Shown here piece after piece: positions 45,792-55,834 of a DNA stretch of 64,000 nt (position 1 is the stretch's first letter; each line of letters begins with the position of its first letter). This stretch comes from Clostridia bacterium (GTDB lineage: Bacteria; Bacillota; Clostridia; RGIG6154). Position numbers and translations under genes: made by a program. The notes beneath the pieces are model-generated. The model was not told the DNA's origin and ran no database searches. It saw nothing but the letters and a program-made list of their open reading frames with translations. The stretch lies in contig JAZNOU010000002.1 in assembly GCA_045589295.1 (NCBI GenBank), positions 64,001 through 128,000 on the forward strand. The letters run 5' to 3'.

Positions 45792-47726
45792 ATGGGAGAA
45801 AAATTTTATATAACCACTGCTATTGCGTATACTTCCCGCAAGCCCCACATTGGGAATACTTACGAAATTGTTTTAACTGATGCTATTGCGAGATTTAAGA
45901 AACAGCAAGGTTTTGATGTGTTTTTCTTAACAGGAACAGACGAGCACGGCATTAAAATTCAAGAAATAGCAGAAAATGCAGGTATTTCGCCAAAAGAATA
46001 TGTTGATGGTGTTGCAGGTGAAATTAAAGCTATATGGGATTTAATGAATACAAGTTATGATAAATTTATCAGAACAACTGATGATTACCATGTAAAACAG
46101 GTGCAGAAAATTTTTAAAAAATTCTACGACCAGGGCGATATTTATAAAGGTGAATATGAAGGAATGTACTGTGTACCTTGCGAAACTTTCTACACAGAAA
46201 GCCAGCTTGTAGACGGCAAATGCCCTGACTGCGGAAGAGAAGTAAAACCTGCAAAAGAAGAGGCGTATTTCTTTAAAATGAGCAAATATCAGGATGCTTT
46301 AATGAAACACATCGAAGAAAATCCTGATTTTATTCAGCCTGAATCAAGAAAAAAAGAAATGGTAAACAATTTCTTAAAACCAGGTCTTCAGGATCTTTGT
46401 GTTTCAAGAACATCATTTACATGGGGTGTTCCTGTTGAATTTGATGAGGGACACGTTATTTACGTGTGGATTGACGCTCTTTCAAACTACATTACAGCTT
46501 TGGGTTACGATACAGAAAATCCGTCAGAACTTTACAATAAGTACTGGCCTGCAGATGTTCACGTTATCGGCAAAGACATTTTAAGATTCCACACAATTTA
46601 CTGGCCGATTATGCTTATGGCACTTGGCCAGCCTCTCCCTAAAAAAGTTTTCGGTCATCCGTGGCTTTTGTTCGGAAACGATAAAATGAGCAAATCAAAA
46701 GGCAATGTTATTTATGCTGACGATTTGGTAGAACTTTTTGGAGTTGATGCAGTAAGATTTTATCTATTGTCTGAAATGCCGTACGGTAATGACGGAAGTA
46801 TAACTTACGAAAACATTATAGCAAGATATAACTCAGAGCTTGCAAACGTTTTGGGCAACCTTGTAAATCGTACTGTTGCTATGACACATAAGTATTTTGG
46901 AGGTATTGTTCAGGCACCTTCAAAAGCAGAAGAAATCGACAACGAACTTATTGCTCAGGCGAAAGAAACGGTGAAAAATACAATCGCTAAAATGGAAGAA
47001 TATAAAACAAGCGATGCAATTGCAGAAATCTGGAACCTCTTAAAAAGAAGTAACAAGTATATTGATGAAACAACTCCGTGGGCACTTGCAAAAGACGAAA
47101 GCAATAAAGAAAGACTTGGAACAGTACTCTATAACTTGATTGAAGCGATAAGAATTGCGGCGGTTTTACTCACTCCGTTTATGCCTGAGACAGCAGAAAA
47201 AATTGCAAAGCAAATTAATGCGGATAATCTTTCTTTTGAAAGCATTAAAGAGTTTGGCGGGTATAAAGCAGGTACACAGACAAATGAAGCAACTCCGCTT
47301 TTTGCAAGACTTGACGAAGCTAAAACTTTGGAAGAAATCGAAAAGTTTTTAGAAAAATATAATGAGCCTGAAGAAAAATTTGAGCCTTTTAAAGAAGAAA
47401 TCGAATTTGAAGATTTTGAAAAATGTGATTTAAGAGTAGCTCGCGTTTTAGAGTGTGAAGAAGTTCCTAAAGCAAATAAGCTTTTGAAATTCAAACTTAA
47501 AGTCGGCAACGAAGAAAGAGTTATACTTTCGGGAATTAAAAAATACTACAAACCAGAAGATTTGGTTGGCAAAAATGTTTTGATTATTGCAAACCTTAAG
47601 CCAAGAAAGATTATGGGTATTGAATCTAAGGGTATGATACTTTCAGCAGTTGATGATAATGAAGACATTCTTTCAGTTACAACAACCTTAGATGGTAGTT
47701 TTAAAGCAGGATCAATTGTTTGCTAA
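45792..47726 (+). CDS. metG: methionine--tRNA ligase with C-terminal Trbp111-like domain
   Basis: HIGN, GTDEHG, CVPC...CPDC, YVWIDAL, GKDILRFH, KMSKS, NLKPRK.MG.ES.GM. Confidence 0.97.
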   Translation: MGEKFYITTAIAYTSRKPHIGNTYEIVLTDAIARFKKQQGFDVFFLTGTDEHGIKIQEIAENAGISPKEYVDGVAGEIKAIWDLMNTSYDKFIRTTDDYHVKQVQKIFKKFYDQGDIYKGEYEGMYCVPCETFYTESQLVDGKCPDCGREVKPAKEEAYFFKMSKYQDALMKHIEENPDFIQPESRKKEMVNNFLKPGLQDLCVSRTSFTWGVPVEFDEGHVIYVWIDALSNYITALGYDTENPSELYNKYWPADVHVIGKDILRFHTIYWPIMLMALGQPLPKKVFGHPWLLFGNDKMSKSKGNVIYADDLVELFGVDAVRFYLLSEMPYGNDGSITYENIIARYNSELANVLGNLVNRTVAMTHKYFGGIVQAPSKAEEIDNELIAQAKETVKNTIAKMEEYKTSDAIAEIWNLLKRSNKYIDETTPWALAKDESNKERLGTVLYNLIEAIRIAAVLLTPFMPETAEKIAKQINADNLSFESIKEFGGYKAGTQTNEATPLFARLDEAKTLEEIEKFLEKYNEPEEKFEPFKEEIEFEDFEKCDLRVARVLECEEVPKANKLLKFKLKVGNEERVILSGIKKYYKPEDLVGKNVLIIANLKPRKIMGIESKGMILSAVDDNEDILSVTTTLDGSFKAGSIVC

Positions 47727-47731
47727 AAAGT

Positions 47732-47781
47732 GAATAAACCTCCTTTTTTGGTTAATAATACTAAAAAAAGGAGGTTTTTTT
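47732..47781 (+). promoter_or_regulatory. inverted repeat overlapping a putative sigmaG promoter and the rubrerythrin SD; also terminator-like for metG
   Basis: AAACCTCCTTTTTT (47736-47749) pairs with AAAAAAGGAGGTTT, followed by a T-run; GAATA-17-AATAATA. Confidence 0.65.
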
Positions 47782-48318
47782 ATGGAATTAAAAGGTTCAA
47801 AAACAGAAGCGAATTTAATGGCAGCTTTTGCGGGTGAAACTCAGGCAAGGACAAAATATCATTATTACGCATCAAAAGCAAGGGAAGATGGCTATGAACA
47901 TATTGCAAAGGTTTTTGAGGAAACTGCCGCAAATGAAAAAGCACACGCAAAAATATGGTTTAAGCTCCTTAAAGGCGGTATGCCCGGTACGCTTGATAAT
48001 TTGAAAGACGGCGCATCAGGTGAAGATTATGAATGGTCTGAAATGTATAAAGAATTTGAAGAAGTTGCAAAAGATGAGGGGTTTGACAACATTGCAAGGC
48101 TTTTTAAAGAGGTTGGAGAAATTGAAAAAACTCATCTTGACAGATATAATCAGCTTATAAAAGAAGTTGAAAATAATGAGGTGTTTCAAAAGCAGACTGA
48201 GGTTAAATGGCGCTGTGCAAACTGCGGATACATCCACCAGGGACAAGGTGCGCCTGATGTTTGTCCTGTGTGTGCTCACCCTAAAGCATATTTTGAGGTT
48301 AAGGCAGATAATTACTGA
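47782..48318 (+). CDS. rbr: rubrerythrin
   Basis: TEANL.AAFAGE, NEKAHA, E.YEW..MY, EKTH, WRCANCGY...CPVCAHPKAYFE. Confidence 0.96.
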   Translation: MELKGSKTEANLMAAFAGETQARTKYHYYASKAREDGYEHIAKVFEETAANEKAHAKIWFKLLKGGMPGTLDNLKDGASGEDYEWSEMYKEFEEVAKDEGFDNIARLFKEVGEIEKTHLDRYNQLIKEVENNEVFQKQTEVKWRCANCGYIHQGQGAPDVCPVCAHPKAYFEVKADNY

Positions 48319-48357
48319 TTTTCTGCGAATAAATTCCAAATATAATACAATAAAAGG

Positions 48358-48386
48358 AAAAGCAGGTATTTTTACCTGCTTTTTTT
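48358..48386 (+). terminator. intrinsic terminator
   Basis: AAAAGCAGGTA-TTTT-TACCTGCTTTTTTT. Confidence 0.9.
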
Positions 48387-48485
48387 AGTAAAAAAATAAG
48401 AAAAAATAGCCTAAAAGGTTGAAATTTTTGCTCATATAGTATAAAATATAATAATAGACTATTAGTGATTATTTAAAAAAAGGAT

Positions 48486-49559
48486 ATGATAAATTTGACT
48501 GATGTTTTAGTTTTATTTGGTGGACAGTCAACTGAGCACGAAGTATCTCTTTGCTCTGTTACAAATGTTTTAAATAAATTGAATCCCCAAAAGTATAATA
48601 TTATAAAAGTCGGCATTACAAAAACAGGACAGTGGCTTTTATATGAAGGAGACAACAAAAATATCAAGGACGGAAGCTGGGAAAACAATAATGTAACTCC
48701 TGCGTTTTTAGTTCCTGATGCTTCAATGGGACTTGTTGTTTTAAGAAACGGAAGGGCTGAAATAAAAAATGTTGATGTTGTGTTCCCTGTTCTTCATGGT
48801 GCATGCGGTGAGGACGGAACCATTCAAGGTCTTTGTGCACTTGCAAAAGTTCCTTGTGTAGGTCCTGATATGATTTCATCTGCCATTTGTATGGATAAAA
48901 CATCAACCAAGATTATGCTTAAAGATTTAAATATTCCTCAGGCAGACTGGATTACAATTATAAGCAGTGAACTTTCAGACATTGGAAATGTTGTAAAAAG
49001 AATTGAAGAAAAGTTTGAATATCCTGTGTTTATAAAGCCTGCAAATGCAGGATCTTCGGTTGGCATAGGAAAATCACACAATAAAGAGGAGCTTATAGAG
49101 CACCTTGAAAATGCGGCAAAGGTTGACAGCAAGATATTGGTTGAAGAATTTATTGACGGCAGAGAAGTTGAATGTGCGGTTTTAGGAAACGACGACCCTG
49201 TTGCATCTGTTTTGGGTGAAATTATTCCTGATAAAGAGTTTTATGATTACGAGGCAAAATACCACTCAGACTCAAAGCTTATAATTCCTGCGCCTATCTC
49301 TGAAACAAAATCAAATCAGATAAGAGAGATTGCGAAAAAGGCGTTTACAAAAATCGGTCTTAAGGGAATGTCAAGAATTGATTTCTTTGTACATAAAATT
49401 ACAGGCGATATTTACTTAAATGAGATTAACACAATCCCAGGATTTACAGACATCAGTATGTATCCTGTTCTTATGGAAAAAACGGGGATTGGCGGGGAAA
49501 TGCTGGTTGATAAACTGATAGAACTTGCCATTGAAGAATTTGCTGGTGAAAGATTATGA
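48486..49559 (+). CDS. ddl: D-alanine--D-alanine ligase
   Basis: GGQSTEHEVS, FPVLHG..GEDG, KPANAGSSVG, FYDYEAKY, EINTIPGFT. Confidence 0.96.
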   Translation: MINLTDVLVLFGGQSTEHEVSLCSVTNVLNKLNPQKYNIIKVGITKTGQWLLYEGDNKNIKDGSWENNNVTPAFLVPDASMGLVVLRNGRAEIKNVDVVFPVLHGACGEDGTIQGLCALAKVPCVGPDMISSAICMDKTSTKIMLKDLNIPQADWITIISSELSDIGNVVKRIEEKFEYPVFIKPANAGSSVGIGKSHNKEELIEHLENAAKVDSKILVEEFIDGREVECAVLGNDDPVASVLGEIIPDKEFYDYEAKYHSDSKLIIPAPISETKSNQIREIAKKAFTKIGLKGMSRIDFFVHKITGDIYLNEINTIPGFTDISMYPVLMEKTGIGGEMLVDKLIELAIEEFAGERL

Positions 49560-50365
49560 AAAACAAACCAATCGGAGTTTTCGACTCGGGACTTGGCGGA
49601 CTTACCGCGGTTAAAGAAATAATGAATCTTATGCCTAATGAGGACATAATTTATTTTGGTGACACAGCAAGAGTTCCTTATGGCTCAAGGTCGAGCGAAA
49701 CTATAATTAAATATGCAAAGCAGGACATTAACTTTTTAAAATCGTTTGATATAAAAATAATTTTAGCTGCTTGCGGAACAGTTTCTTCTGTGGCGCTTCC
49801 TGAAATTCCCAATAAGGACGTTAAAGTTATCGGCGTTGTTGAGCCTGCAGCAGTTGCATCAGTAAAGGCTACTAAAAACAAAAAAATAGCCGTTTTGGGA
49901 ACACAAGGAACTATAAACAGCAGGGCATACGAAAAAGCAATAACAAAAATCATGCCGGAGGCTTTAATTACATCAGTTGCGTGCCCATTGTTTGTGCATT
50001 TAGTTGAAAATGGCTATCACGATAACGAGGCGACGTATTTGATTGCAAAAGATTATTTGAGTGAGGTTATAAAAAGCGGTGCAGATACTGTTATTTTAGG
50101 TTGTACTCACTATCCAATGCTCACACAAGTAATTGCAGAAATTTTAGGAAATAAAGTAAAGCTGATTAATGTGGGCGAAACTGCGGCGCAGTACCTCAGG
50201 GAAATCTTAGAGCAAGAGGGTAAGCTTTGCAGTGAAAAAAATCCTACGTATGAATTCTATGCATCAGATGCTAAAAGCGGATTTGACTACTTAGCAAAAA
50301 TGTTTTTAAAAAGGGATTTAGGAATACTTAAAAGCGTGGATATTGATAAAATCAAGGAGGACTAA
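49556..50365 (+). CDS. murI: glutamate racemase
   Basis: FDSGLGGL, DTARVPYG, ACGT, LGCTHYP. Confidence 0.96.
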   Translation: MKNKPIGVFDSGLGGLTAVKEIMNLMPNEDIIYFGDTARVPYGSRSSETIIKYAKQDINFLKSFDIKIILAACGTVSSVALPEIPNKDVKVIGVVEPAAVASVKATKNKKIAVLGTQGTINSRAYEKAITKIMPEALITSVACPLFVHLVENGYHDNEATYLIAKDYLSEVIKSGADTVILGCTHYPMLTQVIAEILGNKVKLINVGETAAQYLREILEQEGKLCSEKNPTYEFYASDAKSGFDYLAKMFLKRDLGILKSVDIDKIKED

Positions 50366-50791
50366 ATGACAGTTAATGCCATTGCATCTATAAAAACCTG
50401 TCAGAAAACACCTGACGGAGAAAACTTTAATATAGAAATGATGTGTGACGCGGAATATATTTACTCTTTTGATAAATGCACACTAAAATATAACGAGCCT
50501 GAGGGGTCGGAACTTGGCAAAACCCAAACACTTATTGAAATAGAGGATGAAAGTATTACACTTACAAGAAGCGGTGAAAATAACTCAAGAATGTATTTCA
50601 AAAAAGGCGAAAAGTATATGAGTGTTTACGAAATGCCTTTTGGAATGTTTTCAATCAATATAAATTCTGAGTATGTTGAGATTTCAAAAAATGAAGAGGG
50701 GGCACATATTGAAATAGAATATGCCTTGGAACTTGAGGGTATAGTTTCATCAAAAAATAAATTAGAACTTGATATAAAGAGGAAAATATAA
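50366..50791 (+). CDS. DUF1934 family beta-barrel protein
   Basis: Y.E.E..ELG.TQT, L.RSG...SRM.F.KG, YEMPFG; typical neighbour of murI/argS. Confidence 0.75.
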   Translation: MTVNAIASIKTCQKTPDGENFNIEMMCDAEYIYSFDKCTLKYNEPEGSELGKTQTLIEIEDESITLTRSGENNSRMYFKKGEKYMSVYEMPFGMFSININSEYVEISKNEEGAHIEIEYALELEGIVSSKNKLELDIKRKI

Positions 50792-52110
50792 TGAAGTCAG
50801 TTAAAAAAGCAGGACTTTTGTTGGTTTGCTTTGTGCTTGCTTTAAATGTAATCACGGTACAGGCAGCAGAGTTTACTGCAAACCAGAATGTGTATAACGA
50901 ACTTATAAATATTACCTACGACGATATGGCGTATATGCCTGTAAACCATTGGTCAAGCACAGCAGTATATGTAACATCTGCGGCAGGGCTTATAAAAGGG
51001 TATGATGCTAACTTTAATCCGGGAGGAACAGTTACTAAAAGCGAAGCTTTAGCGGTGCTGTTCAGGTCGTCGGGACATGAGGGACTTGCAAATTCATATT
51101 ACAGCAATATCCTAAAATCTAAAGAAAAGGAGCCTTATGAGTACAACAATGTAGACTCGTGGGCAGACGGATATATAAGACTCGCTGTTGACTTCGGAAT
51201 TTTAACACCCGATGAGTACCTTTACTGTATGTCATCTAAGTATAATAACGATGGCGAGTTCCAAAAAAACAAACCTGCACTTAAGGCAGAACTTGCAAAG
51301 TGGATTGTTAAGGTATATAAATTGCCCGTCCAAAAAGGCGAGAGCAAAATTTCTGCGTTTTATGACTATAGCGAACTTAAAAGCGAGGACAAGCAGTACT
51401 TAGAAACTGCTGTATACTATGGAATTTTAAATGGTTCTGGTGACAGACTTGACCCGTACGTTACAATGACGCGCGAACAGATGGCACAGATTTTTTATAA
51501 CATAAGAAATTTGTGGGCAGAAAAACTGGGATACGAAATTTTGCAGGGTACGATTTCTGACGTAAATAAAACAACAACTCAATCAGAGGGCAAAATTACA
51601 AACGACATTGTTATTTCAACCGATGCAGGTAATTTAATCACCCAAAGAGAGTATAAGTTAAATGGTGAAGCGGTAGACAATACCTATGACAGCGGGCTTT
51701 TGTATAAAGATTTTGTTGTAATAGCACAAGGTCATCTGCCAACCGACTCTACCATTTTAAAGAAGTCTGATGGGATAAGCATTTTTGTAAAAGACAGTGC
51801 CGTTAAGTTTATTTTAAAAAATAAATCGGGCGGAAATCTTGATTTTTCTTCTGAAGAATTTAAAGATGCTTCGGTACATAAGGGCAGACTTTATTTTTAC
51901 GATGCAGATGAAATGACATTGGTTTTAAAAACGGAAAAAGGGTTTGAGGAAATCAACTGCAGCAATGCAACAGAGTTTTCATACAGAACAAATGTAGTCG
52001 ACAAATCAAAAATTAATGAAATGTATAAAGACAGCGAAATTTACGTATTTACCTGTGTTGAAATAGCAGGAAACAGAGAGTTTGCGTACAGAGTACAGAT
52101 AACAGATTAA
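50791..52110 (+). CDS. secreted S-layer homology (SLH) domain protein
   Basis: Signal peptide; HWS...GLIKGY..NFNP...VTKSE and GILNG...LDP...MTREQMAQI SLH repeats. Confidence 0.82.
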   Translation: MKSVKKAGLLLVCFVLALNVITVQAAEFTANQNVYNELINITYDDMAYMPVNHWSSTAVYVTSAAGLIKGYDANFNPGGTVTKSEALAVLFRSSGHEGLANSYYSNILKSKEKEPYEYNNVDSWADGYIRLAVDFGILTPDEYLYCMSSKYNNDGEFQKNKPALKAELAKWIVKVYKLPVQKGESKISAFYDYSELKSEDKQYLETAVYYGILNGSGDRLDPYVTMTREQMAQIFYNIRNLWAEKLGYEILQGTISDVNKTTTQSEGKITNDIVISTDAGNLITQREYKLNGEAVDNTYDSGLLYKDFVVIAQGHLPTDSTILKKSDGISIFVKDSAVKFILKNKSGGNLDFSSEEFKDASVHKGRLYFYDADEMTLVLKTEKGFEEINCSNATEFSYRTNVVDKSKINEMYKDSEIYVFTCVEIAGNREFAYRVQITD

Positions 52111-52122
52111 CAAGGAGAGGAT

Positions 52123-53541
52123 TTGATGAAAAGAAGAATTTTAGCACTGCTTTTGGCAGTATTTATTATAATACCTAATGCTGCCTTTGCATCAGAAACC
52201 ACAGAGCCTGAAGGTTTTGCGGTAATAACAACTCTGTTTAATTTTGTAAAGCACTTTTATCAATTTGATGTGGATGATTCTGCGGCAAACGAAAACATAA
52301 TAAAAGAAGTTTTAAGAGAAAATCCCGATGCTTTTCAAACCATTATAAAAGCGTTTATGGCAACTTTGGACGAGCACAGTGTGTATTACACAAAAGAAGA
52401 GTTTGAAAGCTTTAATAATTATATAGAATCAGGTTTTGCAGGAATAGGTATTACATATTTAAGAGAAAATGGCAAGATGGTAGTATCAGGAACTGTAGAA
52501 AATTCACCTGCATATAAGGCAGGTATTCAGCCTGGTGATATAATCGCAGCAGTTGACGGAGTTTCACTTTATGAATGTGACACAGATTTTGCCGCGTCAC
52601 TTATTAGAGGAAACGAGGGAACAAGTGTTGTAATCACGGTTGAACGTGGTAGTGAAAAGTTTGATGTTACGCTTATAAGAGCAACACTTCACGACTTTAC
52701 TGTTAACTACTCAATGCTTGAAGATGATATTGCGTATTTTAACATTACTATGTTTGGTTCTGAAACAGCAAAAGAGTTTGAAAAGGCATATGAAGAACTT
52801 CAGCAGTACAATCCCAAAGGATATATCATAGATTTAAGATATAACACAGGCGGTGTTACAGATGCGGCGCTATCTTGTCTCTCGTATTTTCTCCCTAAGG
52901 ATGCTGTTACAATGAACATTTATAGCAAAACTCAAGGAACAGAGGTGTATAAAAACAAAAAAGACGGGAAAAAGCAAAATGTTGCAGTTTTGGTAAACGA
53001 ATTTTCAGCATCGGCATCGGAAATTTTTACTGCGGCGATTAAAGATAATGAAGCAGGCGTAATTGTGGGCACAAAAACTTATGGTAAAGGTACTTCGCAG
53101 ACTACAATTGGTCTTGGTGAATACGGCGGACTTAAACTTACAATAGCAGAGTTTCAGTCGCCAAACGGTAACAGGATTGACGGCGTTGGTATTACTCCTG
53201 ATGTCTATGTAAAAAATGTTTCTAAAAAAGCAGAAGCAGGAGATTACGAAAAGCTTGAATATAAAACTATATACAAGCAGGGCGACAGCGGTGATGAAAT
53301 ATATGCAATAAAGCAAAGGCTTTCGGCAACAGGGTATTTTAAGGGAACAATGGATAGTTACTTTGATTTGTCCTTAGTAAATGCCGTAAAGGCAATTCAG
53401 AAAGAAACAGGGCTTTTTGTTTACGGAGTCGCAGACATTACAACACAGACAGTTATCAATAATCTTGCGTTGGAAGCAGAGATTATGATAGATTCGCAGT
53501 TTAACGAAGCTTTAACACAAGTTAAAAATAATATAAAATAA
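52123..53541 (+). CDS. S41 carboxy-terminal protease (CtpA/CtpB-like) with PDZ and peptidoglycan-binding domain
   Basis: GIG PDZ, SPAYKAGI, IDLRYNTGG, SASASE, TYGKG, GITPD, C-terminal GDSG....IKQRL PG-binding. Confidence 0.92.
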   Translation: MMKRRILALLLAVFIIIPNAAFASETTEPEGFAVITTLFNFVKHFYQFDVDDSAANENIIKEVLRENPDAFQTIIKAFMATLDEHSVYYTKEEFESFNNYIESGFAGIGITYLRENGKMVVSGTVENSPAYKAGIQPGDIIAAVDGVSLYECDTDFAASLIRGNEGTSVVITVERGSEKFDVTLIRATLHDFTVNYSMLEDDIAYFNITMFGSETAKEFEKAYEELQQYNPKGYIIDLRYNTGGVTDAALSCLSYFLPKDAVTMNIYSKTQGTEVYKNKKDGKKQNVAVLVNEFSASASEIFTAAIKDNEAGVIVGTKTYGKGTSQTTIGLGEYGGLKLTIAEFQSPNGNRIDGVGITPDVYVKNVSKKAEAGDYEKLEYKTIYKQGDSGDEIYAIKQRLSATGYFKGTMDSYFDLSLVNAVKAIQKETGLFVYGVADITTQTVINNLALEAEIMIDSQFNEALTQVKNNIK

Positions 53542-53555
53542 AGAGGGTAATAATA

Positions 53556-54065
53556 ATGAACGGAAAAACAAAACAAATTGTAATTTCAGGACTTTTGGTG
53601 GCAATAGCATTTATTATTCCACTTATACTTCCTAACCTTAGCGGTTTGCCTGAGTTCTCAGCAACTCCTTTTGCACACGTACCAATTATGGTTGCAATGT
53701 TTATCAATCCATCTGTTACAATATTTGTTGTACTGGGTACTGCACTGAGCTTTTTTATAAAGTATGTTCCTATTGTGGGGCTTCGTGCGCTTTCGCATCT
53801 TTTGTTTGCAATGGTTGCTACAAATATGCTTAAAGAATCAAAGTCAAAAACAAATATTTTTATTACATACCTTGTAACACTTGTTCTTCATGCAGGTGCG
53901 GAGGCAATTATTGTTGCACTTTGGTTTATATTTTTTGCAGGCACCGGACTTGCAAGTCCGCTATTCCTTGGAATAGGCATTTTTGCTTTGCACCATACAT
54001 TTGATTTTGCAATAACACTTGTAATTTACTTTGCACTTGTTAAAGCAAAAGTTTTAAAATCATAA
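53556..54065 (+). CDS. ECF transporter S component (NiaX-like)
   Basis: GLLVAIAFIIP, SATPFAHVPIMVAMFINP, LRALSH, HHTFDF. Confidence 0.75.
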   Translation: MNGKTKQIVISGLLVAIAFIIPLILPNLSGLPEFSATPFAHVPIMVAMFINPSVTIFVVLGTALSFFIKYVPIVGLRALSHLLFAMVATNMLKESKSKTNIFITYLVTLVLHAGAEAIIVALWFIFFAGTGLASPLFLGIGIFALHHTFDFAITLVIYFALVKAKVLKS

Positions 54066-54082
54066 TTTGAAAGGTAACTACT

Positions 54083-55822
54083 ATGAATTTCAGAAATATT
54101 TTAACTCAAAAAGTTAAAGAGGCATTTTTAATTGCAGGATATGATGACAACAATGCATACGTTAGCGTTTCATCAAGACCTGACCTTTGCCAGTATCAGT
54201 GTAACGGCTGTTTACCTCTTGCTAAAGTTTACAAGCAAAAGCCAATGGATATTGCAGAAAAAATTTCATCTATTTTATCGACAGATGAAGCATTTGAGTC
54301 GGTAATTGCTTGTCCTCCTGGTTTTCTAAATATTGTTGTTAAAGATGAATTTTTAACAGGCTTTATCAATAAAATGAATGAAGACGACGGATTTTTGTAT
54401 GAAAAAACTGTAAGTCCCACAAAAACTGTTGTTGACTATGGCGGAGCCAACGTTGCAAAATCACTTCACGTAGGACACCTTCGTTCTGCAATTATAGGTG
54501 AAAGCATTAAAAGACTTTTAAGATTTGACGGCAACGAAGTTTTGGGTGACGTTCATTTAGGTGATTGGGGACTTCAGATGGGTATTGTAATTCTTGGCAT
54601 CATTGAGCAGTTCGGCATTGAAAACCTACAGACTGAGAAAGACAGAAGCAAACACATTACCATTTCAGTTTTGGAAAAAACATACCCTGCAAAGAGCATG
54701 GAAGCAAAAAGCGACGAAAATGTTATGGCAGAGTGTAAGAGAATAACATTTGAACTTCAAAAGGGTGAAGGCATTTACTTTGATATCTGGCAGAAAGTTT
54801 TAGAGGTTTCTGTTGAAGATTTAAAGAAAAACTATGCAAGACTTGGTGTTGAATTTGACCTTTGGAAAGGTGAAAGCGACACAAGGACTGTTACAGCCGC
54901 TATGATTAAGTCATTAAAAGATAAAGGCTTTGCGCACGAAGACGATGGAGCGTTGGTTATTGATATTACAGAAGAAACAGACAATCCGCCGCTTCCACCA
55001 TTTATTTTGGAAAAATCTGATGGTGCTATACTTTACTCTACAACAGACCTTGCAACTATCTTGCAAAGGTGTGAAGAGTTTGACACAGACAGAATGATTT
55101 ATGTTGTTGACAACCGTCAGGGAACACACTTTAAACAGCTTTTCAGAACGGTTGAAAAAACCGGCATTGCAGGGAAAGAATTACAGCTTGAATTTTCAGG
55201 TTTTGGAACGATGAATGGCAAAGACGGCAAACCTTATAAAACCCGTGAGGGTGGTGTTATGCGTCTTGAGGATCTTATAAATGCACTTGAAACAGAGGCA
55301 TATAAAAAACTTGACGAAACAATGGGTGACAGTGCTTCTTTAGATGAGAAGAAAGAAATTGCGCATCAGGTGGGCGTTGGTGCACTTAAATTTGCAGACC
55401 TTTCAAACCACAGAAGTAAAGATTATAATTTCGATGTTGAAAGATTTTGCTCCTTTGAGGGCAAGACAGGTCCTTATGTTCAGTATACTGCGGTAAGAAT
55501 TGCATCAATCCTTGCTAAATGTGAAAAAACGGACGGGAAAATAGCGGTTCCTGAGGGTGATGTTCAAAGAGATTTGTTTATTTTATTAACTGAGTATCAG
55601 ACTGCTGTTAAGGCGGCTGCAAACGAACTTGCACCAAATATTTTAGTTGATTATATCTATCAGCTTGCGGTGCTTTTAAATAAATATTATCACGAATATA
55701 AAGTTGCAACAGAAACCGATGAACAGAAGAAAAAATCAAGAGTGGCGACACTTACACTTTCACTTAACTTGATGAAAACACTTTTAGATATTGTGGGAAT
55801 TGAAATCCCAAGCAGAATGTAA
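54083..55822 (+). CDS. argS: arginine--tRNA ligase
   Basis: N.AK.LHVGHLRS, HLGDWGLQ, KSDG..LY.TTDLA, KTREG, FEGKTGPY.QY, C-terminal RM. Confidence 0.96.
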   Translation: MNFRNILTQKVKEAFLIAGYDDNNAYVSVSSRPDLCQYQCNGCLPLAKVYKQKPMDIAEKISSILSTDEAFESVIACPPGFLNIVVKDEFLTGFINKMNEDDGFLYEKTVSPTKTVVDYGGANVAKSLHVGHLRSAIIGESIKRLLRFDGNEVLGDVHLGDWGLQMGIVILGIIEQFGIENLQTEKDRSKHITISVLEKTYPAKSMEAKSDENVMAECKRITFELQKGEGIYFDIWQKVLEVSVEDLKKNYARLGVEFDLWKGESDTRTVTAAMIKSLKDKGFAHEDDGALVIDITEETDNPPLPPFILEKSDGAILYSTTDLATILQRCEEFDTDRMIYVVDNRQGTHFKQLFRTVEKTGIAGKELQLEFSGFGTMNGKDGKPYKTREGGVMRLEDLINALETEAYKKLDETMGDSASLDEKKEIAHQVGVGALKFADLSNHRSKDYNFDVERFCSFEGKTGPYVQYTAVRIASILAKCEKTDGKIAVPEGDVQRDLFILLTEYQTAVKAAANELAPNILVDYIYQLAVLLNKYYHEYKVATETDEQKKKSRVATLTLSLNLMKTLLDIVGIEIPSRM

Positions 55823-55834
55823 AGGAGAATTAAA

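Noticed and set aside
48486-49559. Van-type D-Ala-D-Lac ligase
   Set aside because: Omega loop FYDYEAKY is the D-Ala-D-Ala type; housekeeping context with no van genes
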